Shown here piece by piece: positions 31,567 to 47,000 of a stretch of DNA of 64,000 nucleotides. The notes under the pieces are model-generated. The model was not told the DNA's origin. It saw only the letters and a program-made list of their open reading frames with translations, and ran no database searches. This DNA is from Octopus vulgaris. Taxonomy: Eukaryota. The position numbers were made by a program, and so were the translations under genes. The first letter of the stretch is position 1, and each line of letters starts with the position of its first letter. The stretch is from positions 75,330,001 to 75,394,000 of the forward strand of contig OX597814.1 in the NCBI GenBank assembly GCA_951406725.2, given 5' to 3'.

Positions 31567-32954
31567 TGAAATTGTCTACATTTTCTGCTGGTTTTCTCTG
31601 GAAAGCTTTCTCCTTTTTAGTCGTATTTTTCAGTCACTTTCACTTTCTTGTTTGCTGTTTGTTCTGCCTTTTTCTCTCCCTTTTTGCAATCATTTCTTTG
31701 TCTTTTTTCTTTCTATAATTTTCCGTCTTTCTCTGCAGTCTTATTTCCCAATCTTTATCACCTTCTTGTTCTCTTGTCCTCCTCTCATATTCCCTCATTT
31801 TTTGCAACTTCACTTTCTGATGGTCTTTTTCTTTCTTCATATTAAGTGTTTGAATTCTCATTCTTTTATCTTTTTTACTGTCTTGTGATATTTCATTTCC
31901 TTCTACATTTCTTTCATGCTCATGACTGTTTATAGGAAAGAGAGCATTGTAAAAGCTGTTGTCAATTTCGCCACTACATAACACTGATATTCTTCCTTCC
32001 TGTAACTGTTTGACTGCAAACAGTGAACAGAGGAAAAATAATTTCATCATCATTTTTGTGATGAACCTGAATTGCAGTATTGTACAATTCATTAATGGCA
32101 GCTAATTCAACATTACTGCTGTAGGTTTCATCTCTAGTCATGTATGTTTGGTATTCTTGCTTTGTACTATTCGAAATAAAAGAATGAAAATACTTCCAAC
32201 TATTGCATATGTATCATACAGACTCTTCCCAGAGAGTTCGGTAATTTCTGTTGTTTTTGAGCAAGAATGACACAGCTCTGAACATAATTACCATCACCCA
32301 TGACTGTATTAAAGGAGTGAATTAATAAATCAATGTAATTGTTGAATATTTTTCACTAAATTCAGTAAGGGACTTCATCTTCAGCTTAAACTTTAGATGG
32401 TTTTGTGAACAGCATGTGATAGAAAATTAGAACACCAAAAGGGATGAGATACTAAATGATAGCAATTTCTCCTTTAGAAATCTGTCTTTCTATCTTTGCG
32501 ATAGATGAATGAGTGATTATAATTTTGTAAATAATAAAAACGAAATTAAAAAGGTACTTCACCTTCAATGTTGACTTGAAACGTCATCTTTGTGAAAAGA
32601 AAAATGAATTGACTCTTAAGTATTTAGCAGACAATAACTTTTTTTTATCATATGTTCATAAATGCAAAAAAGGAATACTTCAGTTATTTCCAGATAATTT
32701 TGGCTTAAACGTCAAATACTTGTCTATAGATTTGTGAGTGTGTGTGTTAAAGAGAGAGAGTGAGAGAGAGGCATCCAGACAAACAGAGTAATAACACAAA
32801 GTCTTGCTCAAATGAGTATGAAAAGCATTATGGTTAAAAAATAGTAAAAAGCCTTACTACAATCAATATAAAAAGTAAATATATTTGAAAAATAATCAAT
32901 TTCCTTACGTAAGGGAAAATAAACAAACAATAATGATTACAAAAATGGTTTTAA

Positions 32955-33607
32955 ATTCTAAGTACAAGGCCAGCAGTTCTTAAGGAGTAAGGCTGACCCT
33001 AGTACTAGACTGGTATCATATTTTATTGACTCTGGAAGGATGACAGGCAAAGATGACCGTGACAGGATTTGAACTTAAAATGTAAAGAGCCAGACAAACA
33101 CTGCAAGGCATTTTGTCTGACATTCTGATGATTCTGCAATTCCACCAAGGACATAGACAACAAACTTTGAAATTAAGCGAGTAGCTGATTACATCAGTCC
33201 CAGTACTTGACTTCATTTTCTTAATCCTAGTGTGATGAAAGGCAAAGTCAACTCCAGTAGAGTTTCAACTTAGAATGCAAAATGCCTCAAAAATAGTGCA
33301 AAGCATGGTGCTGCTCCAGTGTTGGCACCACTTAAAAAGCATTCAGTCCACACTGTAAAGTGGTTGGCATTTGAAAGGGCATCCAGCTGTAAAAACCATA
33401 CCAAAACAGACCTTGCCTGTGCTGGTGCCAGGTAAAAAACACTCAGCCCACTCCGAAGGGTGGTTGGTGTTAGGAAGGGCATCCAGTTGTAAAAACTGTG
33501 TCAAAACAGACACAGAAGTATGGTGTAGGCTTCTGCCTGGCCAGCTCCTGTCAAACTGTCCAACCTATGCCAGCATGGAAGGAGGACATTAAACGATGAT
33601 GATGATG
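32955..33607. mobile_element. Two old tRNA-headed SINE relics (-) followed by an RTE-tail element (+, 33305-33607)
   Basis: GGATGACAGGCAAAG..GGATTTGAAC motifs; GTTAGGAAGGGCATCCAG..ATTAAAC(GAT)n. Confidence 0.7.
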
Positions 33608-36600
33608 CAATAAGAGCAAAATTTTCCACATAAGTACAAACTACAAGTCATAAATAGATGGGAATATTTGGAAGTATGCATCAATTCATGTACATAAGCA
33701 AAAGAGTAGAGCTGGAAAATGATATAAAAAAATGAATATAACAGTGTATGTATTTTTTAAATGGTCAATGTAATTCTGAGATAAATTCTTTTGGCAAACA
33801 AACATTACAAATAACTATATACAACAGTGTAACAGCCAATTAAGACATTATTTAAACTGTTATTAGTTATTTCTGCCCAATTTACTGATGAGCATACTTG
33901 ACCTAAAGCCATCTGATGAAAACATTTGTCCAGATAAGCAATTGTGTTTAACTGAATTTACAAATATACACACATGTGCATGCACACACACAAAACTAAG
34001 CAAACCCAGCACAGTAAGTAGAGTAAATGTACTGAATATAGGAATTTCAACCATGTTTCGTGGTCTGCTACCACAACAGTTCCTTTATAGGATCCAGTTA
34101 GCTCAAGACATCATCATAGTTCAGGTCACCTAACCACTCATTAACCACAGGTTCATGTCTAGAAGTAATACCCAGCTAGAGGTTGTTGATGGTAAGAAAT
34201 GTAGGTAAGACAGCAGTAATAGGACATTGTGCTATAAAATTTCGGGTGGCCACATCTGAGTTGTGAGCTGCTGAATGATGTAAGTTTGCCAAATAACAAC
34301 TTGTACAAAATCAACTGGAAACCAATGGTACAACATTCTGTTACTATTGTATTATCGAGCTGTGCTAGAGTTTTCATTAACAACCACCTTTGTATGCAGT
34401 AATGAGATGAAAAGTGGACAGAACTGCATGTGTGTGTGTGTGTTTAAGGCATAGGCATGGATATGTGGTTACAAAGTTCACTTCTGAATCAGACTGAAGT
34501 CTTGTGCCCCCCACCCCAGCTCTGGTCAAACCATTCAACTTATGCCAGTATAGACAATGGATGTTAAATGATGATGATGATATCACTTTTACCACTACTG
34601 TAGCAGTCCTTACTTCTCTAAACAAGTTAGCTGCATATCATCACTCTTAATCAAAGATTCCTCTCTTCCAATCATTACTGTCAATAATGTGTCTTGATCA
34701 AAGATTTACTTTGAACACTTTGCTCAAAACTATTTTCTCTAAGACTATAGACCTTCTGGAGCCCAAATTTTTACAAATATGAAATTGGAGAAGTTTAAAA
34801 TGGCCTGTAAAGACTATTGCCACAAATTCTTTTCCTTAGTCTACAGAAGGAAAATGAATATAAAAATATAGATTAGGATGATGATCACAGTATGCATGGG
34901 TAATAAACTTTGTCAGGTTGTCTGGCTTCCAAATCAGCAGCAAGCATCAAAATGTGATTCATTCAATTGATTCTGGGAGATGAAGGAAAACAGATTTTTC
35001 TTAACAAAAGTATTAACAACTGAAGTTATGTGGAATGATTTCAGATACTTATTAAAACTGCCACTTTACAATAATTCATCAGATTTGCTAAAATAATAAA
35101 CAATTTTTGGATAAAAACCGAAAGACTTCTTGTATTACAATAAGTTTATAAATTTTGATCAAGTAGATAAGGCTACTGGTAACTAGTAACATTTTGGAGG
35201 TGCTGCACTGTAATTGAAATAATTATCTTTCCAGGTATTTAAGATAGCATTTTAATAATCACAGCAAAAGAATCAGTGACCTGGTCATGGATTATTTCTG
35301 AATAATACTATCAACTATAAAAATTGAATAAGGAGTCTAAAAAAAGCAGTGATTATGGCTAATATATTGTGAACATTATTCTTAGCAAAATGTTAATACA
35401 TATTTCAATACAATTCTCATCAATAATGTTTATGTTCTTAAAAATTTATGGTTCTAATAAAAGGAAAGATTAAAGCAATGAAACAACTTATTGAATGTTC
35501 CAATGTATACGAAAAGACTTAAGAGACTAAGTATTTAACATGTGATTAAAGACCATGATAGTATTCAAACCTATGAAAAGGCTATTAGTGAGGTCATTCT
35601 CATGTCTATTAAAGGAGATTATTTTCAGGTTCACTGAACAAAACAATATAGAATGACTTGTTTTTATATGATTATACTGATGTCCTAGCAAGAACTGAAA
35701 GCCTATCTGATAAATCTCATTTTTCATGGGAGAGACTCTACTTGTGTCAAACTGAAAATTGTCATCTTGTAAATATTTTAAATGCAGTTTTAGAATTGCA
35801 TTAAATCATTTATAAATCAGAAACTAATCACATGGCACCTGCTTTATAGATAAGGAGACAATGAGGTAATATGATTTTCATCACTTTTCTGACACTAGTT
35901 ATATAAGTAAAGTCAAAATGCTTCTCACCACAAAGTGAAATTAATCAAAGACTTAGTTCTTATTTTTCAACTCACTAAGTTACTGTATCAGCAGTTGGTT
36001 AACCATAAGTAAACACTATCAAACAGACCTATAATCTATCTCAATAGAACACTCACTAGTCTGTTTTTTTACTAATATATAGGATAGCGTTAATGTACTC
36101 TTTCCTTCTTAACATCAGTAGTGTGTGAATTGCAGAAAATTTGACTACTATTTTCCAGCAAGTTAAGCAATGTCGTAGAAGCTCCCTTAGTGGCCAATCA
36201 TTTTCTCAATATTGCTAATGTGTTTATTACTATCAGAAAAGCTACTGTATGTTACAAACCAGTTCTTGCAAATATCTCTCTCTTTAATGATCCTGAAAGA
36301 ATAAAATATGACTAAGCTTGATGTTTTGCACAGTGTTCCTTTAGCAGTGAAGGAGAGACGTAAAACATTTTCCCTTCCAGATAATTTCTCTCTCTCCTCT
36401 TACTCATCAAAGATGCACTGCCTGAAACATTGAACTCATACTCTTATATTTCATCCATATAACTAAAAACTATATACTGTAAAGGTTTTTATTTATTTTT
36501 TTAGTACCTGAAATCTTTTTACTGGATTACCACCAGTGACACAGACTGCAATCTATCAGATGGCAGTGGATATATTATTATATTTAAGACAAAGTTTCGT

Positions 36601-37637
36601 TGTCTTTAAAGCACAATCTCTTTGGAGAAAGTAATTGGCAGTAGCAAGCAAAGATATTCATATCAAAGAACCAAAGACAACTTTAGGCTTAACATTAAAT
36701 TAGTAGACCTTTAGCCAACTAATTTAATATAAGGTAACTCGAAGGAGTTGTAGATAAGACCATTACATTTAATTAAGATCACTGACAACTAGCGAATAAC
36801 ATCTACTCTACCCATTTCTATGTTCTATTTGCAATTGCCTCTATGAACTGAACTTTTATCTATAATGTATAAAACATCAACCACTTCATTTATTTTTTAT
36901 TTTTAGAGATAATCGGAGGGATATTAGAAATTAGTGAAAGTGGTAATTCCAGAATCAATTTTGAGTTTCATTAAAATTTTCAATGACTAGGAATGTGATT
37001 TAACTGATTAACTATTTTCATCTCTTTTTTGACCTTCAGCATTATCAGGTTTCATGTAAAAGTATTACATTTTGTCTTAATATCACATCGTTAGTGTAAA
37101 TTGAGTGTTTAACTTTTATTTTATTTCATTTTAAAACTAAATCCTCATAAAAAAAAAAAGAATACTACTAAGTGACAGAAGTACATGTGCTAATCAGGTG
37201 GTGAGTTATTAATAGATCCACTGGAATAAAATGTGGTTCTCCAAGAAGAAACCAATTCAGATTGCATATTGTTCTGTTAACAAAAACCCATCATGATGAT
37301 ATGACTGATTCTACTTCGTCAAATTTTTCTATTTTTAAAATCCATTTTCTATTCAGATCTTCATGCTGAATATTCCATAATTTTTTCTTCTTCTAGAAAT
37401 GCAATTCTAGTTTCAAAATAGAGAAATTTGAGAATATAACATGAAAAATTGATCAATGTATTAATATTTTAAATTCTTTCTTATTAAATGAGATATTTTA
37501 TAAAGATTCTAGAAAATGATAATAAAAAAAGAGTAAAACTATGATCTATAAGACTAAATACGGTGGCTGTTTGACATAATTATTTTAGTTGTAATTGGCA
37601 AAAGAAAAAAATTTGAGTAGATAACATATAGAACTAC

Positions 37638-37702
37638 CTGCTCATAAGGTGTCAGTTCATATATGCTGCAGGTAGAAGTGCCTGATCTTCTAGGAATCAC
37701 CC
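37638..37702 (-). CDS. Candidate internal coding exon of an unidentified host gene
   Basis: Minus strand ttcttttacAG|65 nt open frame (G)VIPRRSGTSTCSIYELTPYEQ|GTagtt; phase 1 to 0. No homology recognised. Confidence 0.4.
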
Positions 37703-39690
37703 CTGTAAAAGAATACTTCTGTATTCAGGTACAAATCTATCTCTTACTTTCTTCATATCACAAAACCCAGGGAAGAGTAATTCTAGTTCTCAGAACTAGA
37801 CTTATGATACCACTTCTTTATATTATTACATCTCACCAGCTTTTATGATAGAAACTGGCAAAATTGAATGAAATATCAAGTAAAATGGGAGAATTTTCAC
37901 GTTTCTCACAGGAGTATATTGTATAAAATAAAAATTGACATAACTGTAGCTTTCTCCCCACCTTTTTTTCCCTACATTTACTGGTGTTAAACCAAAGAGG
38001 AACCTTCTGTGCTTGGTCAACTTGCTAAAATTAACAGTCATATCTTCTTTAAATCAAATCCTGACATTTGAAAAAAAGAAAAAAAAAAAAAAAAAAGGAA
38101 TGGAAGAACGCACTGGATAATGCAGCCTTAGTTAAACTATTCCTGAATAAAAGGCAAAATGGTCACAGCTTGAGTACCACTGACCAGATCACAGCATAGT
38201 TTAATCAGAGCTGATGTGGAGGTAAAGAACAGCTGGTTTTAGAACTTAATACAAAGTCCATACAGGAAAGAACGACTATTTTTTATGTAAGGATGAGATT
38301 TCTGTCAAGATTTCAGTTTGAAAAAAATATCTAAATATGGGCACTTATAACAGCTGGTAAGACAGAGCTAAGGTCTGACTATTTAATGTAGTCTGGAATA
38401 ACAAACCAACATTGAGAATAAATTTTTACTAACATTATTTTAAGGATAGAAACAGAAGAATAAGAGAATAAGCTCAAAGTTTGAGAATTTTGTACTATAT
38501 TTTGAATGGACAAGACTGAATTTAAATATATAACAAAAAAGATATAGATATTTTTCTTGATTTTCCATGTTCAGAAGTATCGAACAATCAAGGATTACGC
38601 ACTGGGGTCGATGTAATCGACTTAATCCATTTGTCTGTCCTTGTTTGTCCCCTTGTGGGTAGTAAAGAAATAGGTATTTATTCTGGTTCTTTCTGCTTTC
38701 AGTTCAAATCCTGCCAAGGTTAACTTTGATTTTTATCCTCAAAGGGTTGTTAAAAAAATACCAGTCAAGTATTAGGGTTGATCATCTCTTGTTCTTTCAC
38801 TAAATCAGCCATTTTGCAGTGTGAGAAGAGACATGGAGGAAAACTGACAATAATCCTTTCTCTAGAAATGAAGAAGGGTTGAGTGAATAAGAGTTTTCTC
38901 AGAAAAACTGATAAACTCCAGGAAACACTGAAGGATGGAATGACATAGTACAGCATCGAATGGAAATGAAGAAAAGGGAAGAAGGTGCACAAACCTACAC
39001 ATACATTACACACATTACACACACTCTGACATAACTTGAAGGTAACACTTCAATGGCAGCCAGTGCAGAAAATTTGGTTAGCTAAATAAAAAATGCCAAA
39101 TAATGAAAACAAGGACAAAAAACTCTTGGATTCTCATTTTCAAAGAAGGCAAGCTGTGATTGCTGCAAGTCATCATGTGTTTAGAGAATGTAGAATCAGA
39201 GAAAGAACTAAACCGCAATGTAACTTCAATGCTTTAATTTAAATTAATCCTATTTATGGATGTGAAGAGAATTCTTATGATACTGCCAAGTAATAAACAA
39301 TCCAAAATATTAAAGAAATGAACTGAATATTTAAATCTATTCAGCTGAGATACTATATAAATATATTTCCCCAATCTAATCCTTTTCTGAAGCCATTTTC
39401 TTAATTAATCTGAAAGTTAAAACATAAACCATATTTTAAAAAATGCAACTATTAACAGCATTTTGTTTGCTCTGGAGTTTGAGTAGCAAATAAACTAAAA
39501 TAATTAAATAATTAAAAAGTAAAAATTCAACCAGCCTCAATACAGGAGTTGAAATTTGTAGATATTTGTAATGGTTGAGATTCTACAGATTAGTCAAATA
39601 TCTAAATTCAACTGATAACTGAAATTAACCTAAATATTTTTGAATGCAGTCAACATTCTTTGGTTGGAAATTATTTACATGAAAGTTTAC

Positions 39691-39906
39691 TTAACCCATA
39701 GGCATCCAAATTATTTTGTCAAATGTAATGCTTATATTTTGCATTGTGTTGAATTGATCATGCATTATCTCATAGCTTTGAGATTTCAATGATATGATTG
39801 TATATTTTTAGAATGACATTGTAGGATAGGTGTAAAAGGCCAGATTTTGACAGACCGAACATAAAACAAGTAGAATATATGGGTTAGTTTAAATGGTAAC
39901 GGGTTA
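39691..39906 (+). mobile_element. ~220-bp TTAA-flanked MITE (piggyBac-like ends)
   Basis: TTAACCC...GGGTTA termini; same family at 43743-44120 and 62440-62670. Confidence 0.65.
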
Positions 39907-40639
39907 GGTTATTTGTTTGGAAGTTGTCGTTGCCATGGTTAAATCCTGTCAGAGTCAACTTCGCTTTCATCACAATGGAGCAGGGCAGGTATCATTTAAG
40001 AATAAAATTGCAATGGCTAAGAGCAGGAAGGGTAACAAACACTCTTTTGTATAAGAAGAGGAGGGGACAAAGTTTTCCTTAGTTCGACACCAGACCTAAA
40101 TGTCTGCAATAGAATGTACTCTGTTAAAGGCACTCATAGGAATGAGGGCCAGGTGGTTGTATTAAACTGACTGACATTAAATTTCCATATAGAAGAATAG
40201 GAATGGTCTAATCAAAGAGCTGACACACAGTTTCTGTCTACACAATTTCATTCATCAGCTCGATTCAACTTAGACTATAGTTGAATACACTTGCCTAAGG
40301 TGCTGTGCAATGGAATAAATACAGAAATACATTACTGCCAAGTTAATGTTTTAATGGCTTGGCCATTACTTCATCTGTCTGATTTCATAGAAATACCTTT
40401 TTTGTTCTATTAAAAGAACTTTATATTAGTCATAAGAGATCATAATTTGTATTATTGTGGCATGTGCTGTGTTACAAACATCAAGCTTCAGCAAACTGAA
40501 TTCAAAGCTTACCTTTCAATCCCAACTAAATGTTACAGCTTTGAGAAAGACAACCACACCACAAAATTACCATCTGCCTCATCTCTATAAATTTGATAAC
40601 ACACCAGGCCCATATAAATAATAAAAAATAAAAGCATTA

Positions 40640-41075
40640 TCGTCATCATCATTGTTTAATGTCTGCTTTCCATGCTGGCATGGGTTGGATGGTTTGACTG
40701 AGGACTGGCAAACTGGGAGAATGCACCAAGCTCCAATCTGATCTGGCAAGGTTTCTACAGCTGGATGCCCTTCCTAATGCCAACCACTCTGAGAGTGTAG
40801 TGGGTGCTTTTTACTTACCAGTCAGGCAGCACTAGTACTGGCCATGCTCGAATGGAGCTTTTTATGTTTCACAGGCACAGGAGCCAGTCAGGCTTGAATG
40901 GTGCTCTTTATGTGTCACTGGCACTGACCGTGCTCAAACGGTGCTTTTTACATACCACCAGCATGTGTGCCAGTCAGGCGGAACTGGCATTGGCCACACT
41001 TGAATGATGCTTTTTATGTGCCACCAGCACGGGTGCCAATCAGGTGGCACTGGCATTGGCCATGACTATGATTTC
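40640..41075 (-). mobile_element. RTE-tail non-autonomous element with internal repeats
   Basis: (CAT)n, GCATGGGTTGGA, GGATGCCCTTCCTAATGCCAACCAC and repeated TGCTTTT..GTGCCACC units. Confidence 0.8.
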
Positions 41076-43742
41076 ACTCATTTTCTATCAGATCTTTGCA
41101 ATAAACCTTAGTGTGTCTGAGTGATATATTTTTGTTTACAACACATTGCATATCAATTACCATACATTGTGTTTGTAGCCTTTTATGACAATAATTTAGT
41201 TGGTCAATATTTGCTAATTATGTGAACTCCCATATTCTGAAAAACAGTCAGTTCAGCTTACTCTGCAGTTTTTTCAGACTCAAACTGATACAAATTTATG
41301 GCTTCTGTATTACAATGCTAATGGATATGCCTGTGGAGGAATCTAGCTACGTGGTTTTGCTTCTGGTATATACTCAAACTTACAATTTCATCTTCTATCA
41401 TGGACACATGAAACTGGAATATTTGCAGAGTGAGTATGCCTTGCCTCGTGTCAACAAACAGCTAATTATGAAACAAATCAGTAGATTCACTGAAGTAGCC
41501 AGCATACGGCAACCACTTCATTTTCTAGGGCATCTCTTCCACAGAATCCAATGTGGGAATAATAATCTGTCTGATAGTCATAATGTACAAGCATGCACAC
41601 ACACACACACAACTTGGTTGACATGGGTAATATATATCTTTTGAAATCTGTAAAAGTAGTTGTGTTGCTTCCTTGGCTACTTTAACTACTATTTTTCTTT
41701 ATATTTTGTTCTTATTCTGAATGTAATTTTTCTTTAATAGCTGAAAATCTACTGTATGTATATTATTTCTATATATTTGTAATAGTTACACTAATTTTCT
41801 GTTTTGCATGCTTAATATGTTTTCCTATCAGAGTGCACAAAAATTTACATATATATAAATATATATCTTAATAATTATCATTTTTGTTATTACTATTATC
41901 ATTATTATCATTTATATACTAAAATTACTAAGTGAATATATAGAGAGTAGTATCAGGAAACAGTTACAGCAATGAGGAGAGTCATGCATATAGATAAAAC
42001 CTGAACTCCAGACAGTTAAGATGACTCATATTTATGAGTTAATATAATGGGAATTTATCATGTAAATTATGGTGAGAGAGATAAATATGTATGACGAATA
42101 TAGTCACAAAAATCAAAACCAGAAAAAAAGAAAAATGACAACAAAAATAAGATGACAACAATGATAGTAATTTACAGAGGACCAGCTAGAAAGATATTAT
42201 TCTAAAAATCATCTTTAAGTAGGGAAGAAATGTTATGTTGGTAAAAAAAAAGTGGTGGACAGGAAGACAAATTAACACAAGTATATGCTCTTACTGTTAT
42301 GATCGCCATGTTATATTTGTTGAAGTGAGTGAGGGTCAGTTTCTTAACCGCAGAAAGCTAAAAACAATAATGGTGCAAAGTATAAACAAACTGTACTGCA
42401 GAAACTGTTTTTGCAGTGAAGACCAAATTTAGACAAATTGTTTATGGAGACTGGTGCATGCAGATAACAGGGAAAAAAAAAAGCAGACGTTTGGAATCAA
42501 AACAGTATATAACTTGATTTCTGTTAATGAGAATCCTTCTATGGGTAATATTTAAAAATAGTTAAGTTAACAATTGTGAGAAAATCCAGATAGGATGTAT
42601 AAGATTTTGTCTCGTATAGCTTGACTAAATCAATAGATAGGTGATCTTATAGCTTTTTCAAAGCTCAGTTTATTGAGGGTCCAGGCTTCCCACAGATAAA
42701 CAAGCCACCACACTGAATAGACATACTTTATAAAATGTAGATGGCTGACAACCCATGTATATAACAATGATGTAAAATATATGATTCTCAGAGATTGTCA
42801 AGTGAATATAAATACATGGTTCACATGTTTAACAATAACTCTGTGTAACATGATTTTTGTGCTTGGGTAGCAACTGTCATTTGCTCTTTGCCTATGAAAG
42901 CATGAAAAATGCCAAATATTTCCTTCAAACTTTGCTTTTGTTATGATATTTATTCAGACCCCCCAAAGAATCCCTTTCAACACAAAGCTATGATGAGCTC
43001 CCACTAATCCTGCTCATCATAAGAGGTGCACATATTGTCAGCTACTAAAGGACATGCTCAAGTAGTTAAGGTGAAGCAACTGACAAGCAAACCTGTGGTA
43101 TTGAACAGAATGCTGACTATAATGATATTTTAGCTTCAGCACTGAGAAATGTAATGGGAAATAGGTCAGTTTCAAAATATAGATATCTAGGTCACAAAAG
43201 CAAAGTTTGAAAGGAAGAGTAGTCATTTCCTTTGATTTCTAAATAGACTAACAATTTTGAAGGGTTATATTTGCTTGAGAAACAATGTAAGCTATTACTC
43301 AAATAAGGTCTGTGTGTGCGTGTGTTTACTCATGGCAGGAGGTGAGGTGGAAGAGAGAGAATAATGATGATGATCATCATTAATATTTTAACATCCATTT
43401 CTTCATACAAAAGTGGGTTAGTCGGTCTACACTATTACAAATTTCCATTCATCTGAGTCTTGCATTAATGTCTTGTGGGACACAACAACCTCATGTCTTA
43501 CTTTATCATATACTTCCCTATCTTCCTCTGCTATGTCAGCATAAGACATTTTCCACTTAACATCTATCCTGGACTCATTTTTCTCTCATAACTTCAAGTC
43601 TTCAAGACTGAATGTGAATCAAACTTCTAAGGTAGGCTTCATACAATTTGCCAAATCATTGAAATAGTTGCTAGTTACCAAGAGAAGTAATGATTTTTCT
43701 AGCACTGTACTTTCATTAAAAGATACCCATTATGAGACTAAA

Positions 43743-44120
43743 TTAACCCTTTAGCATTCAGATCAATTTATCAAATGCAATGCTTATTTATCCATATTTA
43801 AAAAAAATTGATCATGTATTATCTTGTAGCTTCAAGATTTTAAAGATGTGATCATTCATTTTTAGAATGACTAGGGCAGGTGGGATCTGGCCAGTTTAAT
43901 CCTTTAGCATTTAAACTGGCCATATCCAGCCCAAATATTCTACTTATTTTATGCTTACACTAGTCAGGTCTACTTCTCACAACAACCCTACAATATCATT
44001 CTAAAGATTAAGTTACCTCATCAAAATCTCAAAGCTACAAAATAATGCATGACTAATTCAAAATGATGTGAATAAATAACCATTATTTTTGACAAAATAA
44101 TGTGAATGCTAAAGGGTTAA
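43743..44120. mobile_element. Two copies of the TTAA MITE in inverted orientation
   Basis: TTAACCCTTTAGCATTCA at 43743 and TGAATGCTAAAGGGTTAA ending at 44120; internal junction TTAATCCTTTAGCATT near 43897. Confidence 0.7.
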
Positions 44121-44669
44121 AGAGAGAAATATTTCTTTCTCTGACATGCTGGTATTAAAAATAGAGGTAATCTCTTAACTTGTCATGATCAGATATATGT
44201 GTGTGTGTGTGTATGTGTCTTTCTACTCTGCCTGTTGCTGTCACATGACCAGTGGCCAGTTCCCCTTTTTCTTCCTTTCTTACGCTGTTTCCATAGCTGA
44301 CCTGTTGCAAATTCTCTGTCTCTGTTCTCCATGCTTCAAGATATCTTCTAAGCATTACCCACTATTCTTGTCTCCTTGGCCCCAAGGTCATATTTTGTTT
44401 GACTATTCATCCTCATCCACCGTCCTAAATCACAATCCATGTCATTTTGCTTGTTTTGTTTGCTCTTGTCCCTAATTCTCCACAAGAAAACTGTTTTTTC
44501 TTTTGTGGGCACTGCCAAATCGGAAAGCACTCAATCTTATCGCTGAATGTGTGAAACTGAATATTACCAATTGGTCAATAACTGATGAAGAATCATGGAC
44601 CTTCTGTTTGTCTCCCATTCGTTTTTACATTCAGTATACATTATATCATATATTTATACATTTTTTCAT

Positions 44670-44691
44670 CTATATATATGTATGTATATCT

Positions 44692-44722
<31 letters not shown>

Positions 44723-45013
44723 CACACACGTATATATATGTATGTATATCTACACACACACACACACATATATATATATACACACACGTATATATATATA
44801 TACACGTATATATATATACACGTATATATATATACACGTATATATATACAGGTATATATATACATACATACATATATATATATACACGTATAGATATATA
44901 TATATATATATACATGTATATATATAATACATACATATACATACATATATATATATGTACATACATACATACATATGTACATACATACATACATACGTAC
45001 ATACATACATATA

Positions 45014-45044
<31 letters not shown>

Positions 45045-45512
45045 ACACATACATACATACATATATATATATACATACATACATACATATATACATACAT
45101 ATATATATATACACACGTATATATATATATATACACACGTATATATATATATATACACACGTATATATATATATATATATATACACACGTATATATATAT
45201 ATACACGTATATACATACATATATACACGTATATATATATATACACGTATATACATATATATATATACACGTATATACATACATATATATACACGTATAT
45301 ACATACATATATATATACACACGTATATACATACATATATATATACACACGTATATACATATATATATATATATATATACATACATATATATATATACAC
45401 GTATATATATATACATGTATATATATATTTACATACATATATACATACATATATATATATGTGTATATATATATATATATATATACACACACGTATATAT
45501 ATATTTACATAC

Positions 45513-45543
<31 letters not shown>

Positions 45544-45565
45544 TATACACACGTATATATATATT

Positions 45566-45616
<51 letters not shown>

Positions 45617-45625
45617 GTATATATA

Positions 45626-45698
<73 letters not shown>

Positions 45699-45707
45699 GT
45701 ATATATA

Positions 45708-45746
<39 letters not shown>

Positions 45747-45886
45747 GTATATATATACATGTATATATATACATACATACATATATACACGTATATATAT
45801 ACATGTGTATATATACATATATACATATATATATATACACGTATATATATACATGTGTATATATACATACATATATATATATACAC
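44670..45886. repeat. (TA)n/(CA)n microsatellite with ACACGT(AT)n minisatellite
   Basis: Directly visible. Confidence 0.95.
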
Positions 45887-46299
45887 ATTTTTCTCTTTTT
45901 TTCTTTTTTTACTCTTTCTTCTCCCTCTCTACTCCGCTCCTAATATCTTAGATGTTTTCAGTACTGACAGTTTTAAATGATTTCATCGCTAACAACCTCT
46001 TAGAATTTCGTTAATTCTCCCTTAATTCCGACTGACCTGTTCGCTGGCCATTTTTTTATTTATTTTTATTCTGCCACACGATGATGATATATACACATAT
46101 ATATATATATATACATGTATATATATATATATACATACATAATATATATATATACACGTATATATATATATACACATGTATATATATATATATATATACA
46201 TACATGCATACATATATATATACACGTATATATGTATATATATATACATGTATATATATATATATACATACATACATATATATATATATATACATGTAT

Positions 46300-46420
46300 A
46301 TTGGCAGTTGTTGAAAAGCATTCGTGAAGTAAAACCATGTAGCAACACCAAATGGCGGTGCCCCAGCATGGCCACAGCTCGTGAGCTGAAACTAGAATCA
46401 ATCAATCAATCAATCAATCA

Positions 46421-46421
<1 letters not shown>
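46300..46421 (+). mobile_element. CR1/L2-type 3' tail fragment with (ATCA)n
   Basis: AAAAGCATTCGTGAAGTAAAACC..GCCCCAGCATGGCCACAGCTC..GCTGAAAC matches 2515-2600. Confidence 0.85.
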
Positions 46422-46492
<71 letters not shown>

Positions 46493-46611
46493 GTGTGTAT
46501 ATATATATGTGTGTATATATATATGTGTGTATATATATATGTGTGTATATATATATGTGTGTGTATATATATATGTGTGTGTGTGTGTATATATATATAT
46601 GTGTATATATG

Positions 46612-46950
46612 CACAGGGACATAGAAATAATCGGACTGAATACCCGATCGTGTGGTTAAACCATTGGGAGTGAAGGACTCTCAGCCTTTGTTAGGGCATC
46701 CTTCTAGGAGAAGGTAACTCAGGTAACTGGGATAACTCCAACATAAAACCTGCGGCTCAGTGGTTACCAATGATGTTGACTTGTTCTTCGTTTCGGATTA
46801 TGGCTGCTGTTGCTTAGTGAGTGGGATTGACTCAGTGCACAGCCTTTCCTCACTTTAAAAAGAATCTTCTTGCACAGGCATTGAACGATAACAACATTGA
46901 TTAAGCTTTGTGCAATGGTCATACTCGATAACAAGGGGGCAGCCACCATG
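46612..46950 (+). mobile_element. Unclassified non-coding insert, possibly RTE 5'UTR-derived
   Basis: Island between microsatellites containing GGGCATCCTTCTAGGAGAAGGTAACTC, which resembles RTE leader motifs. Confidence 0.35.
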
Positions 46951-46995
<45 letters not shown>

Positions 46996-47000
46996 ATATA

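Noticed and set aside
31640-32092. K/R/E-rich 150-aa ORF as a host gene
   Set aside because: It lies immediately upstream of the Helitron Rep fragments on the same strand and is more likely the decayed N-terminal region of RepHel.
35527-35751. Possible further minus-strand exon (ttttcAG|FDTSRVSPMKNEIYQ..)
   Set aside because: No clear donor site or homology; could be chance in AT-rich DNA.
44555-44610. ACCAATTGGTC..CTGATGAAGAA..TTCT hammerhead-like words
   Set aside because: No GAAA follows helix II and no consistent three-way junction can be drawn.
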